From a virus (Duplodnaviria > Caudoviricetes): DNA of 64,000 nt. Location: the IMG/VR virus record IMGVR_UViG_3300033463_000076, positions 16,113 through 80,112 of that record. One strand, 5' to 3'. A program made the translations under genes and the position numbers. Numbering within the stretch: the stretch's first letter is position 1; each line of letters begins with the position of its first letter. The notes beneath the pieces were generated by a model, which did not search any database, was not told the origin of the DNA, and worked only from the letters and a program-made list of their open reading frames with translations. This document shows positions 55,831-64,000 of this stretch, in pieces.

Positions 55831-56783
55831 TACACTTCAATGCTTTCAAAGTTAATACCTCTCTGCTTCATGAACTCAGCGATCTCAGTCAGCTGTGCCT
55901 TCGTGGCCGTCACCTTGAAGCCTCTGGTGTACATCGGCTCCGTAGGCATGGCCTGTGTACCCTGACCGAGTGCCGCTGCGAAGGCGTCCGCTGCGTCCAT
56001 ATCCTCACTGCTGATATGCTGACCCTCGGCCTCCTGCTTCGGTTCAGGCTCAGGTGCTGCGGTCTGCGGTGCAGGCTCCTGCTTTGGTACCTCCGGCTTC
56101 GGCTCTTCCTTCGCTTCCTCCTTCGGCTTGCTGGCCTCACGTGCCTCCTTCAGCTGATTGGCGTAGGCGACTGTCTCGTTCAGGTTCAGATTCTCCTTGT
56201 AGCGGACAACCAGGGCGTCGTAGTCCTCTGAGAACGATTTCAGCGTCTCGAGGTCTGCCTTGAACTGGGCAATCCTCTCGTTAATCTCCTTCTCGACAGC
56301 CTTCAGTGACGTGCCCTTGTTCAGCCACTTGTCATTCCAAATCTTATCGAGCTTGATGCCGACCTCCTCCAGTCCGCACTTCTCAGCGACCTTCTCGCAC
56401 TCCTCACGCTTGAGCTTCTTGGCCTTCTCGTCCACGTCCTTGATGACGATATCGATCTGGCCGACTGCATCGTTGATGTAGCCGATAGCCTCGTTGACGA
56501 TGGCCTTGAACTCCTCGAACGGGGCGTTGAAAGCCTTCTCGAGCTTGATACGCTCGTCATTCAGGGCTTTCTTTGCCTTGTTCAGCTTCGTCTTGTCAGC
56601 CTTGGCCACATCCACGTTCTCCTCGTTGTAGTTCTCTGCCTTGTACTGGCTGGCAGCGGACTTCACGAGGTCACGAATCTGCTCTGCGTTCGTCTTGAGC
56701 GTTCCAAGGGTCTGCTCCTTGACGGACAGCTGCAGGTTCTCCTCCTCCAGCACTAACAGCTGGGTCTCGTTTTCTTTCTTCAT
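55830..56783 (-). CDS. DUF1351 family protein
   Basis: AKADKTKLNKAKKALNDERIKLEKAFNAPFEEF...WNDKWLNK. Confidence 0.85.
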   Translation of the reverse strand: MKKENETQLLVLEEENLQLSVKEQTLGTLKTNAEQIRDLVKSAASQYKAENYNEENVDVAKADKTKLNKAKKALNDERIKLEKAFNAPFEEFKAIVNEAIGYINDAVGQIDIVIKDVDEKAKKLKREECEKVAEKCGLEEVGIKLDKIWNDKWLNKGTSLKAVEKEINERIAQFKADLETLKSFSEDYDALVVRYKENLNLNETVAYANQLKEAREASKPKEEAKEEPKPEVPKQEPAPQTAAPEPEPKQEAEGQHISSEDMDAADAFAAALGQGTQAMPTEPMYTRGFKVTATKAQLTEIAEFMKQRGINFESIEV

Positions 56784-57616
56784 CTTAGTCCAAATATTTT
56801 CTCATTCTTGATTAAACTCCTATTCTCATTCAGGAACTTTATCAGCTCCTCGCAATGCTCCGTGAGATACGGCACGTCCCTCTCCGGACGGAACAGGTAG
56901 CTCTCCGTATAGGTCTCGTAGTAGGTCTTGCCCATTTCCACGATGTTATACTCGAACTCCCTGACATCGCAGCCGTTCTGAATCAGAGCGTAGGGATAGA
57001 CGAGGTGCTGGAAGTGTGACTGGAACGAGCCCACTCCCATGTACCTGCCTGTGGTCTTCAGATCGTGGGTCTTGAACGGCATCAGATAGTCGATGTAGCC
57101 GTACAGCATGACCTCGCCGAACGTCGTCGGTAGCATGGCCTGTACGTACTGCTGGCAGAGGGCACCCTTGTAGTAGTCGGCGACCTCACGTACCATCCTG
57201 AGCGGAAAGTAGAACTCCCTGCCGTTGTACCTGGCCCTGACTCCAGTGACCTGACGATACTCGTCACGCACCTTCGTTATCAGCATCTTCGTGCTGTTCT
57301 GGCCGAGTACGATGCAGTCGATGACCTCATTGAAAGCCGTTCCCTTGTCTGCTGCCTCACTATCGAACGGCACCCTGTTGATGCTGTCGATCAGCGACTT
57401 GAACTTCTCTTCGTGGAACTCCTCGGGGGAGTACTTGGGATTCTCGGAGAAACCCCAGTACTGCTCCCAAATGGAATCGCTGTTCTCGTACTCGAAGAAC
57501 TTGTCGAGAAGTGAGGCGTAGAACTTGAACTTAGGCTTGTGCTGCATCCTCGTACTGCTTAGACTCCTTGTTATAGACCAGACCGAGCGCCTTGACCTTC
57601 TTGCCGAACAGGTCAC
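56780..57616 (-). CDS. PD-(D/E)XK-type exonuclease (true start probably near 57546)
   Basis: AADKGTAFNE...LYGYIDYL...HDLKTT...QHLVYPY. Confidence 0.7.
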   Translation of the reverse strand: MTCSARRSRRSVWSITRSLSSTRMQHKPKFKFYASLLDKFFEYENSDSIWEQYWGFSENPKYSPEEFHEEKFKSLIDSINRVPFDSEAADKGTAFNEVIDCIVLGQNSTKMLITKVRDEYRQVTGVRARYNGREFYFPLRMVREVADYYKGALCQQYVQAMLPTTFGEVMLYGYIDYLMPFKTHDLKTTGRYMGVGSFQSHFQHLVYPYALIQNGCDVREFEYNIVEMGKTYYETYTESYLFRPERDVPYLTEHCEELIKFLNENRSLIKNEKIFGLR

Positions 57617-58478
57617 GTGCCTTCATAATCAGCGAGTTTCCGAATCCCGAGTACTCACCGATATGCTGCAGGAAATGGTTGGCACCTCCCGCATCGGTTA
57701 TCGTACTGATGGACTCCTCGATCTCGGCGAGTGCCTTGTTGTACTCGTCGACCTTAGCCTGCTTGTTGCCAATCATCTGCTGATACTTGGCGATAATCTG
57801 CTTCTCGATGAAGTCGTTTGCGCCAGTAGGCTTGCCGTTCTTATCGAGAATCGTCTGCAGGAACATCACGCCTGGCAGCATACAGGTGTTCTTGCCGTCG
57901 TTGACATCCGTCGGGTCGAACGTGATGGAGCGCTTCACATATCCCTGCTCGTTCTTCATTTCGAGATATCCCAACAGGTCGAGCTCAGTCACGATGCTGT
58001 TGTAGTTCTTCTCTCGGAGGGCTGGGATGTAGACCGTATCGTCCTTGGCTCCCTTACGGGTGTCACGGTGGGCGACGAAGATGATGTGCTTGCCGAGTCC
58101 CGACAGTCTGTCTACGAAGTTCTTGAACTCCGTGTTGATGGCCGTCCAGTCCTGAACCTTCGGCTGTTTCTGTCCGCACTTGAAAGCGATGATGAAGTCC
58201 ATCATCTTTCCGACGGTATCGACCACGATCGTCTGATAGTCCGACAGGTCCTCGTTCAGCACGTTCAGGACATCCTGCCAGCAGGTTACCTGTACGATAC
58301 CGACGGAGTCATTCAGGTGGTTCTCATTGACACGCTTGACACCGTTGTCGAAGTCAAGCAACAGCGGCTTCGGAGCCGACAGTGCGAGGGTTGTCTTACC
58401 CATACCAGCCTGACCGTAAATCATCATCTTGACGGTCGTCTGGATTTGAAGTTCATTACTCTTACGAATTAAACTCAT
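57531..58478 (-). CDS. AAA_24 / Sak4-like ATPase annealing protein (TAAGAGCAATG-tagged)
   Basis: IYGQAGMGKTT, LDFDNG, VVDT and FVAH motifs. Confidence 0.88.
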   Translation of the reverse strand: MSLIRKSNELQIQTTVKMMIYGQAGMGKTTLALSAPKPLLLDFDNGVKRVNENHLNDSVGIVQVTCWQDVLNVLNEDLSDYQTIVVDTVGKMMDFIIAFKCGQKQPKVQDWTAINTEFKNFVDRLSGLGKHIIFVAHRDTRKGAKDDTVYIPALREKNYNSIVTELDLLGYLEMKNEQGYVKRSITFDPTDVNDGKNTCMLPGVMFLQTILDKNGKPTGANDFIEKQIIAKYQQMIGNKQAKVDEYNKALAEIEESISTITDAGGANHFLQHIGEYSGFGNSLIMKARDLFGKKVKALGLVYNKESKQYEDAAQA

Positions 58479-58512
58479 TGCTCTTAATTTTTTAAAATGT
58501 TAAACACTAAAA

Positions 58513-59070
58513 CTACTTATCTCTAAAAATGTTATTATTGTCAGCATATTTCACAAACTCGGCCTTCTCGTGGATTCCGAGCTTCAGATAGACGTTCTTC
58601 CTGTGAGTCTTAATCGTCTCGGGCGACTTGAAAAGACGCTCTGCGATCTCGTCGACCTCCAGGCCGTCGTAGTACATCTTCATCACCTCCAGTTCCGTCT
58701 TCGACAGCTTGGAGTTGAAGCGTGGCATACATACTCTGTCCTGCATGAAGCACTCACCCCTCAGCGGACACTCCACCTTCTCGAAGTGGAAACGTCCCGA
58801 ACGGTCAATGTCCGTCTTTGTCGTGTCGAGCTTTCCGAAGTTGCACTTGCAGAACCTCCGGACGATCAGGAACAGGTAGTACGTGACGTTGGCCGAACTC
58901 TTCTCGTAGTGCTTTGACAGCAGCTTGTAGGCCTCGGGATAGAACTCACGTATCATGTCAATCATTTTCTGAATGACATCGGTCATCCCCTCCTCCAGCT
59001 TGGCAGTCCGTCCGTCATCGGTGTGGAACCACAGCTCGTCGTTGATTGTGTAGAACTCTAATCCTTCCAT
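58513..59070 (-). CDS. LuxR-type HTH regulator
   Basis: C-terminal LSKTELEVM...IAERLFKSPETIKTHRKNVYLKLG; N-terminal CxCxxG...CPxRGEC motif. Confidence 0.88.
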   Translation of the reverse strand: MEGLEFYTINDELWFHTDDGRTAKLEEGMTDVIQKMIDMIREFYPEAYKLLSKHYEKSSANVTYYLFLIVRRFCKCNFGKLDTTKTDIDRSGRFHFEKVECPLRGECFMQDRVCMPRFNSKLSKTELEVMKMYYDGLEVDEIAERLFKSPETIKTHRKNVYLKLGIHEKAEFVKYADNNNIFRDK

Positions 59071-59312
59071 ATCTCTTCCACTGGAATACCTGTCTTCTTC
59101 GATAGATACTGGCGGTGCTCCTCCTTTTCAGGCTTGGTCTTGCCGTGCATCCAGTTATGCACCGTGGCCACTGACACACCGCAATCCTGAGCGGTCTCAT
59201 TCACGAAGCTCGTCTTTGGAAACGTCGCTTCCGGCAGACTGTCGTAATACCCCTCGAGGGGGAATTTTTGAACTTTTTCTGCTTTTTTGTTTGTACTTTC
59301 ATTCATTTTCAT
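59058..59312 (-). CDS. Cro-like HTH protein
   Basis: AQDCGVSVATVHNWMHGKTKP; divergent from cI. Confidence 0.75.
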   Translation of the reverse strand: MKMNESTNKKAEKVQKFPLEGYYDSLPEATFPKTSFVNETAQDCGVSVATVHNWMHGKTKPEKEEHRQYLSKKTGIPVEEIWKD

Positions 59313-59400
59313 TACCTTTGTATCGTTTTAATTAGAATTACAGTGTAAAGGTAGTAATATTTTTCGAGAATTACGTAATATTACACGGAAATATTACCTA
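59313..59400. promoter_or_regulatory. Lysis-lysogeny switch: overlapping divergent promoters and GTAATATTAC operators
   Basis: Rightward TACCTTTG 59313-59320, leftward TACCTTTACA 59344-59353, palindrome 59375-59384 plus half-sites. Confidence 0.7.
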
Positions 59401-59429
59401 TCTTAGATATTTTTAACTTGGCTAAAGGT

Positions 59430-59816
59430 ATGTTTAGACTTAGAGACTTTCGGACTGACCTCGGACTGACGCAGAAGGAACTTATGACAATCCTGAACGT
59501 CAGCCAGACAAGCGTTTCTTTCGTGGAGAACGGTACGCGCAATCTCACCAAGGAACAGATGCAGATTCTCATTGACAGGTACGGCGAGGAAACGGTGGCC
59601 AAGTACCAGACTGACGACGATATTACACCCTCAGATAATATTCGACGTAATATTACAGCAGAACTGCCCCGTGAGCCGAGCGAGGTCTATCTTTCGCTTG
59701 TTGACATCATCAACCACCAGCAGGTTCAGATGGATGCCCTTCTCGAGAACAACACCCTCCTGCAGCGTCGCATAGACAAGCTGCTGTCGATCATCGAAAA
59801 ACAATACCAGGCATAA
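59430..59816 (+). CDS. CI-like XRE HTH repressor
   Basis: LRDFRTDLGLTQKELMTILNVSQTSVSFVENG. Confidence 0.85.
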   Translation: MFRLRDFRTDLGLTQKELMTILNVSQTSVSFVENGTRNLTKEQMQILIDRYGEETVAKYQTDDDITPSDNIRRNITAELPREPSEVYLSLVDIINHQQVQMDALLENNTLLQRRIDKLLSIIEKQYQA

Positions 59817-59817
59817 C

Positions 59818-60234
59818 ATGGCACTACTCAAACCCGAAGAGGCCCACCGCCTCGCAGCATATCTCCCAGAGGACTACGCCTTCGTTGCGTGGGACACCGA
59901 GACATCTATAGCGGTTCCTGACCCCGTCGTTAACGAGGCAATGAATAAATATATTACTTATAAGGTGAAACTTCCCAAGGCCTCCGAGACGAACAACCTG
60001 GGCATTTCCCTCGAGAAAGAGGGTAGGGTACGGGAGGCCATCGAGGCATACGAGCGCAACATCACGGAGGATGCCTACCTCACACGGCACCCATACGACC
60101 GCCTTGCCGTCCTGTATCGGAGGGCAAAGGACTACGACAACGAGATACGAGTACTAACCCTTGCCTTCGAGCGGACCGGCGACGACAAATACGCCGAGCG
60201 TCTGCACAAGGCAGAAGAACTGAGAATCAGATGA
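59818..60234 (+). CDS. TPR-like protein (lysogeny-side accessory gene)
   Basis: NNLGISLEKEGRVREAIEAYE...PYDRLAVLYRRAKDYDNEIRVL. Confidence 0.7.
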   Translation: MALLKPEEAHRLAAYLPEDYAFVAWDTETSIAVPDPVVNEAMNKYITYKVKLPKASETNNLGISLEKEGRVREAIEAYERNITEDAYLTRHPYDRLAVLYRRAKDYDNEIRVLTLAFERTGDDKYAERLHKAEELRIR

Positions 60235-60530
60235 ACATATCACCCGACGGCATAGCCATCACCAAGCGTTTCTTCCTGGCGCTCGACGTGCTGATCACGC
60301 AGAAGCGAATCCGTGGCCTCAACACGTTCACCACGAAGTACGACATCAACTACTGGAACCTGTGCACGCTCAGGAAAGACCCTAACGTCCGTGTGCTGAA
60401 GCCCGAGTGCCTGACCTACCTCGTCAGGGACTTCGACGTCTCTGCCGAGTGGCTGCTGACCGGCAAAGGCAGTATGCTCACGATAACCGCCGAACAACTG
60501 TCCGAATCAAAGAAACGACCCAAACGATGA
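60231..60530 (+). CDS. Conserved Bacteroidales mobile-element protein, probable HTH
   Basis: ITKRFFLAL...YLVRDFDVSAEWLLTGKG. Confidence 0.7.
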   Translation: MNISPDGIAITKRFFLALDVLITQKRIRGLNTFTTKYDINYWNLCTLRKDPNVRVLKPECLTYLVRDFDVSAEWLLTGKGSMLTITAEQLSESKKRPKR

Positions 60531-60826
60531 AACGACTGCTTCTTATCCTGCTGGCGGCGATATCCCTTGCAGCCTGTCAGCCCGAGTCCGTCACTCGAGG
60601 CAGGAAGACCTACCAGCGATACTTCAGCAAGGTGCTCAAAGACCCTGAGTCCTTCAAGGTCTACGAGGAAACGGTGGAACCGCTCAACGAGCATTCCGCA
60701 CGGTGGACGCTCGACTACGGGGCGAAGAACAGCTACGGAGCCATGGAGCGCAGGACTGTCACGTTCAAGACCACCGTCGACCTTATCGAGATCGACGGCA
60801 GGATAGTAAACGTGAGGGACCTGTAA
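60527..60826 (+). CDS. Lipoprotein (candidate exclusion / lysogenic conversion)
   Basis: MKRLLLILLAAISLAAC lipobox; true start 60527. Confidence 0.7.
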   Translation: MKRLLLILLAAISLAACQPESVTRGRKTYQRYFSKVLKDPESFKVYEETVEPLNEHSARWTLDYGAKNSYGAMERRTVTFKTTVDLIEIDGRIVNVRDL

Positions 60827-60895
60827 CGGATGACGGCCACCACCCTCACGGGCAGCAGCCGCCGAAACTCAACTCATATATGAAGTTAACGTACC

Positions 60896-61099
60896 TTACG
60901 CCATCGTCTTCCAGAACAGCACTATGGCACGTCCGAGGTACAGCTTCTTTCCTGTAGCCTTGTGGACGACGTGCCTGAGCTGTCCGCTGTCGGTGTACTT
61001 CTTCACCGTGTTCCTCGACATACCGAGCAGTTTCACTGTCTGCCCGATGGTGTACCTCGCTTCGGGGTTCACCACTGGCTCAACAGCAACCATCGGCAA
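60896..61099 (-). CDS. Excisionase-like winged HTH protein
   Basis: YTIGQTVKLLGMSRNTVKKY..G.L; located near attP/int. Confidence 0.75.
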   Translation of the reverse strand: MPMVAVEPVVNPEARYTIGQTVKLLGMSRNTVKKYTDSGQLRHVVHKATGKKLYLGRAIVLFWKTMA

Positions 61100-61349
61100 T
61101 CTCCTTCAGTTTACGCTCCACCCTTGCGGCATAGCCTGCGGAGGCCTGCCATGCACGGAAATACTTCTCGTACAGGTGCTTGTACTTCTCTACCTCGAGG
61201 CGGAGCAGCTTGTTCTCCTTCAGAATCCTGTCCGCATACGCCCTTTCCTGGGTTGCGAAACGACCTCGGTTGTCCCTCGGCTTCTGGCTCTTATCGTCAG
61301 CAAACAGATCCTTTTCCATTCTCTGTACTACTCTTAGCTGGTTTCTCAC
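61080..61349 (-). CDS. Hypothetical protein
   Basis: RDNRGRFAT motif, coiled coil. Confidence 0.55.
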   Translation of the reverse strand: MRNQLRVVQRMEKDLFADDKSQKPRDNRGRFATQERAYADRILKENKLLRLEVEKYKHLYEKYFRAWQASAGYAARVERKLKEIADGCC

Positions 61350-61449
61350 TCCACGCTACCAGTGCGCACACTACGAAGAACAGGCACATCCAGTCAGGGA
61401 ACGTCAGTGCCGCCAGTGTCACAGACACGATAATGTTTACTTGTCTCAT
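61297..61449 (-). CDS. Small membrane peptide (TAAGAGCAATG-tagged)
   Basis: Likely start MRQVNIIVSV at 61449; two hydrophobic stretches. Confidence 0.5.
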   Translation of the reverse strand: MRQVNIIVSVTLAALTFPDWMCLFFVVCALVAWSEKPAKSSTENGKGSVC

Positions 61450-61469
61450 TGCTCTTACTTTTTTGTTTC

Positions 61470-61817
61470 TTAACTGCGCAGGTTCAGCCACTGGTATCTC
61501 TCCTGGGCCTCCCACTGCATCTTACTCTCTTGCGCGTCTCTCTCGGCGTCCGACCATTTGGGCAGCGCCTTGCTGATGGCTTCCTCGATCCTCGGCGAGC
61601 GGTGCCAGTAGTTCGGGTGTACGACCACAACGGACTCCGCTGTCGGAGTTTCCCATGCGGGCATTTCCACCTCTATGAACACCTCGCCCACCTTGAACTG
61701 CAGGAACGCGTACGAACGTCCGTCGGCTATCGTCTGCTTCATCTCCTCGAACATCTCGGAGCTGATGGACTTGGCCAGATGGCTGACGTCTTTCGGGTTG
61801 AGTTTCACGTATTCCAT
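61470..61817 (-). CDS. Hypothetical early protein
   Basis: 115 aa, first gene after the 61890 promoter. Confidence 0.6.
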   Translation of the reverse strand: MEYVKLNPKDVSHLAKSISSEMFEEMKQTIADGRSYAFLQFKVGEVFIEVEMPAWETPTAESVVVVHPNYWHRSPRIEEAISKALPKWSDAERDAQESKMQWEAQERYQWLNLRS

Positions 61818-61858
61818 AAATAACCTTAAAAAATTAGCGCACTTCCAGCATTTTTTAC

Positions 61859-61951
61859 TACCTTTGTGCCGTTTTAATTAGAATTATAGTGTAAAGGTAG
61901 TGAATTTTGGCGATATTACCTAATATTACGTAATAATTTATGTAATATTAC
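61859..61951. promoter_or_regulatory. Second copy of the switch-type divergent promoter with GTAATATTAC operators
   Basis: Rightward TACCTTTG 61859-61866, leftward TACCTTTACA 61890-61899, palindrome 61942-61951. Confidence 0.7.
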
Positions 61952-62054
61952 AGGTTCTTAACAAAACGTAACACCTGCGCACTGATTGTTTAACGCATAT
62001 AATATATAAGGTATGACAGGATGTTTCTCTATGGTGTTCAACGGCTTGGCAGGG

Positions 62055-62340
62055 CAAAAAACCTGCAAATAGCCTGCAAGTATCAAAGCGAGTTTTTCGC
62101 AGTCCGTTTAAATAAAGGGGGTTCAGGGCTTTTGCGGCACGTCTGGAAAGCGTGTAAACGACAAAATCGTTTCGCAGGTTCGAATCCTGTTCTCTCCGCA
62201 GCGAAACCCCGATAAACAGAGGGCTTGCGACATCATTAAGAAACAACAAAAGGCTGTCAGAAACTTGCAAAAAACGTCAGGTTTGCGCAAAAACACCTGC
62301 AAATAACCTGCAAAACCTGCAAATAACCTGCAAGCCTGAA
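62055..62340. mobile_element. attP region with ACCTGCAA arm-type repeats
   Basis: CCTGCAA repeats on both sides of the tRNA-Ser fragment (about 62061-62080 and 62297-62333), directly upstream of the integrase. Confidence 0.75.
62133..62198 (+). pseudogene. 3' two-thirds of tRNA-Ser(GGA): att core
   Basis: CACGT-CTGGAAA-GCGTG anticodon arm, long variable arm, T-arm and 3' acceptor strand TCTCTCC-G; the matching 5' acceptor and D-arm are absent. Confidence 0.85.
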
Positions 62341-62353
62341 ACATTTAAGAGCA

Positions 62354-63634
62354 ATGGCTACGACGAAATTCTATCTCGACACCCGTGCCGTGTCCGCTGG
62401 CGAACCGGCACCCCTCAAGATTGCTGTCACCAAGCACGGCAAGACAGCGCTGTACTCCCTCGACGTGAAGCTGCAGCCCTCCCAATGGGACAATCACAGG
62501 CAGGTCATCCTCAACCACCCCAACAAGCTACGCCTGAACAACTTCATCATGAACCGCAAGACGGTTTTCGACAACTACCTCATGGAACTGACCAATGCCG
62601 GCGAGCTGGCACTGATGTCAGCGACTCAGATCAAGAACAGGATAGCAGGGCTTATCAATCCCGACTATGCTCCTGAGCGTGCCGACCTGTTCATACCGAG
62701 GTACCTTGCATTCGCCGAAACGCGCAACGCCGAGCGTACCCGTGAAATCTATCTCGAGACCCACAAGAAGATACTGCGCTTCGACTCCAAGGCCAAGCGG
62801 CTGTCCTTCGAGGACATCACCAAGTCATGGCTCGACCGCTTCGAGCACTACCTTTCGAGTGAGGAACACCTCGCACCGAACACCATAGCCATCCACCTGC
62901 GCAACATCCGCGCCGTAGTGAACGAGGCCATCGATGACGAGGTGACGGGCACCTACGCCTTCCGCAAGAAGAAAATCAAGTACCAGGCAACACCCAAGCG
63001 CTCCTTCACCCTCGAGCGGCTGCAGGAACTCTGGAACTATCCGTGCGAGCCTTTCCAGCAGAAATACATCGACGCCTTCAAGCTGTCCTTCCTGCTCATA
63101 GGAATCAACGTCGTGGATATCTGCAAGCTGACCTCCCAGAACATCGTCGACGGACGGCTGGAGTACATACGCTCCAAGACCGGACGCTTCTACAGCATCA
63201 AACTCGAGCCCGAGGCCATCGAGATACTGGAGAGGTACAAGGGCAAGGAACTGCTCTTCGGCCCTGCCGAGGGCTTCAAGAAGTACAAGACGTTCTCCAA
63301 CTCCCTCGACCGAGGGCTGAAGAACATCGGGCCTGTCATCCAAGTCCCTAACCCTGACTGGAAGCGGGGATGCAAGAAACACAGATACCACATCGAGCGC
63401 ACTTCCGCTTTCCCTGGCATATCGATCTACTGGGCTCGTCACTCATGGGCGACCATTGCCGCCGAGATAGACGTGCCTGACGCTACGATATCGGCAGGAC
63501 TGGGGCACGGCCACGGCGATAAGACGACGGCCATCTATGTAAACTTCAGGCAGAGGAAAGTCGATGAAGCGAACAGGGATATCATCGACTACGTCTTGGG
63601 TGTTGTTAGGCAATGTAAAGGTAGTAATTTTTAG
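62354..63634 (+). CDS. int: Tyrosine integrase (TAAGAGCAATG-tagged)
   Basis: Arm-binding N-terminus, SAM-like domain, YWARHSWAT and LGH...TAIY catalytic boxes. Confidence 0.95.
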   Translation: MATTKFYLDTRAVSAGEPAPLKIAVTKHGKTALYSLDVKLQPSQWDNHRQVILNHPNKLRLNNFIMNRKTVFDNYLMELTNAGELALMSATQIKNRIAGLINPDYAPERADLFIPRYLAFAETRNAERTREIYLETHKKILRFDSKAKRLSFEDITKSWLDRFEHYLSSEEHLAPNTIAIHLRNIRAVVNEAIDDEVTGTYAFRKKKIKYQATPKRSFTLERLQELWNYPCEPFQQKYIDAFKLSFLLIGINVVDICKLTSQNIVDGRLEYIRSKTGRFYSIKLEPEAIEILERYKGKELLFGPAEGFKKYKTFSNSLDRGLKNIGPVIQVPNPDWKRGCKKHRYHIERTSAFPGISIYWARHSWATIAAEIDVPDATISAGLGHGHGDKTTAIYVNFRQRKVDEANRDIIDYVLGVVRQCKGSNF

Positions 63635-63867
63635 CGATATAGGCAAGTTATTTATTCTTTATATTATACCTATTATATATTATTAACTCCCAAAAGGATG
63701 GGCGGAGCCTGTTTCACAACGGTCCCCGCCCAAAGCATAAGTTATCGAGATTTTTGAGAATACTCTTACGAAAGGGCAGCGGTCCGTCACGGACGGCCAC
63801 CCGAATAAACATTTTTTTTACTAACCTAAAACTATTAACTAACTACTAACTAATTAAAACTGTATAA

Positions 63868-63999
63868 CTAAAAATTAGCACTAACCGCTGTTAGCTGCTT
63901 CTTTTTCTTCTTCTCAGGGAACAGGTTGAACGTCACTCCGATGCCTACGAAGATATCGAGGTTCTTGTTCCTGACCCCGTAGCCGTAGCCGGCGGTTAC
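63868..63999 (-). CDS. C-terminal fragment of a lysis-region (DUF6808/spanin-like) protein, truncated at the right edge
   Basis: Hand translation VTAGYGYGVRNKNLDIFVGIGVTFNLF... resembles Bacteroidales phage lysis-cassette proteins. Confidence 0.5.
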   Translation of the reverse strand, partial: VTAGYGYGVRNKNLDIFVGIGVTFNLFPEKKKKKQLTAVSANF

Positions 64000-64000
64000 T

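Noticed and set aside
45-58005. Many long plus-strand ORFs in the track (e.g. 6101-7081, 7145-8185, 19320-20252, 33131-34141, 47733-48845, 57525-58472)
   Set aside because: Antisense shadows of real minus-strand genes, caused by codon bias; no recognisable motifs or start contexts.
62123-62344. ORFs over attP (61938-62270, 62021-62215, 62123-62344)
   Set aside because: They coincide with the tRNA fragment and arm repeats and have low-complexity translations.

Overview
Most of the genome of a temperate siphovirus of a Bacteroidales host, probably Prevotella-like. The host call rests on TAnnTTTG promoters, a DUF3127-type SSB, a PRTRC cassette and Bacteroidales-type structural genes. Almost everything is on the minus strand. 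Left to right: partial large tail protein, tape measure, tail/neck genes, capsid, terminase, a ParB/methyltransferase-like/MTA-nucleosidase/DUF488 block with tRNA genes, a PRTRC (E1/E2/ubiquitin-like) cassette, a MuF-GNAT fusion, portal, many small early genes with RtcB, replication and recombination genes, the cro/cI switch, an intact attP (3' part of tRNA-Ser-GGA with arm repeats), a tyrosine integrase and the end of a lysis-region gene. Phage genes flank attP on both sides, so this is the excised or virion form. The most striking unexplained structure is an 11-nt translation-start tag (TAAGAGCAATG), often paired with an upstream CATTAAGAAAC box, shared by 11 genes. Two promoter- and terminator-bounded small RNA candidates (16165-16259 and 13622-13729) display the exact complement in hairpin loops, suggesting a phage-wide antisense translational regulon. 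Also notable: a tRNA-like gene with a 43-nt bulge-helix-loop insert at the canonical 37/38 intron position in a genome encoding RtcB; other tRNAs with abnormal anticodon loops; and a MuF-GNAT gene followed by a small candidate immunity gene. No CRISPR array or reverse transcriptase was seen. All functional calls come from motif recognition; no database search was run.
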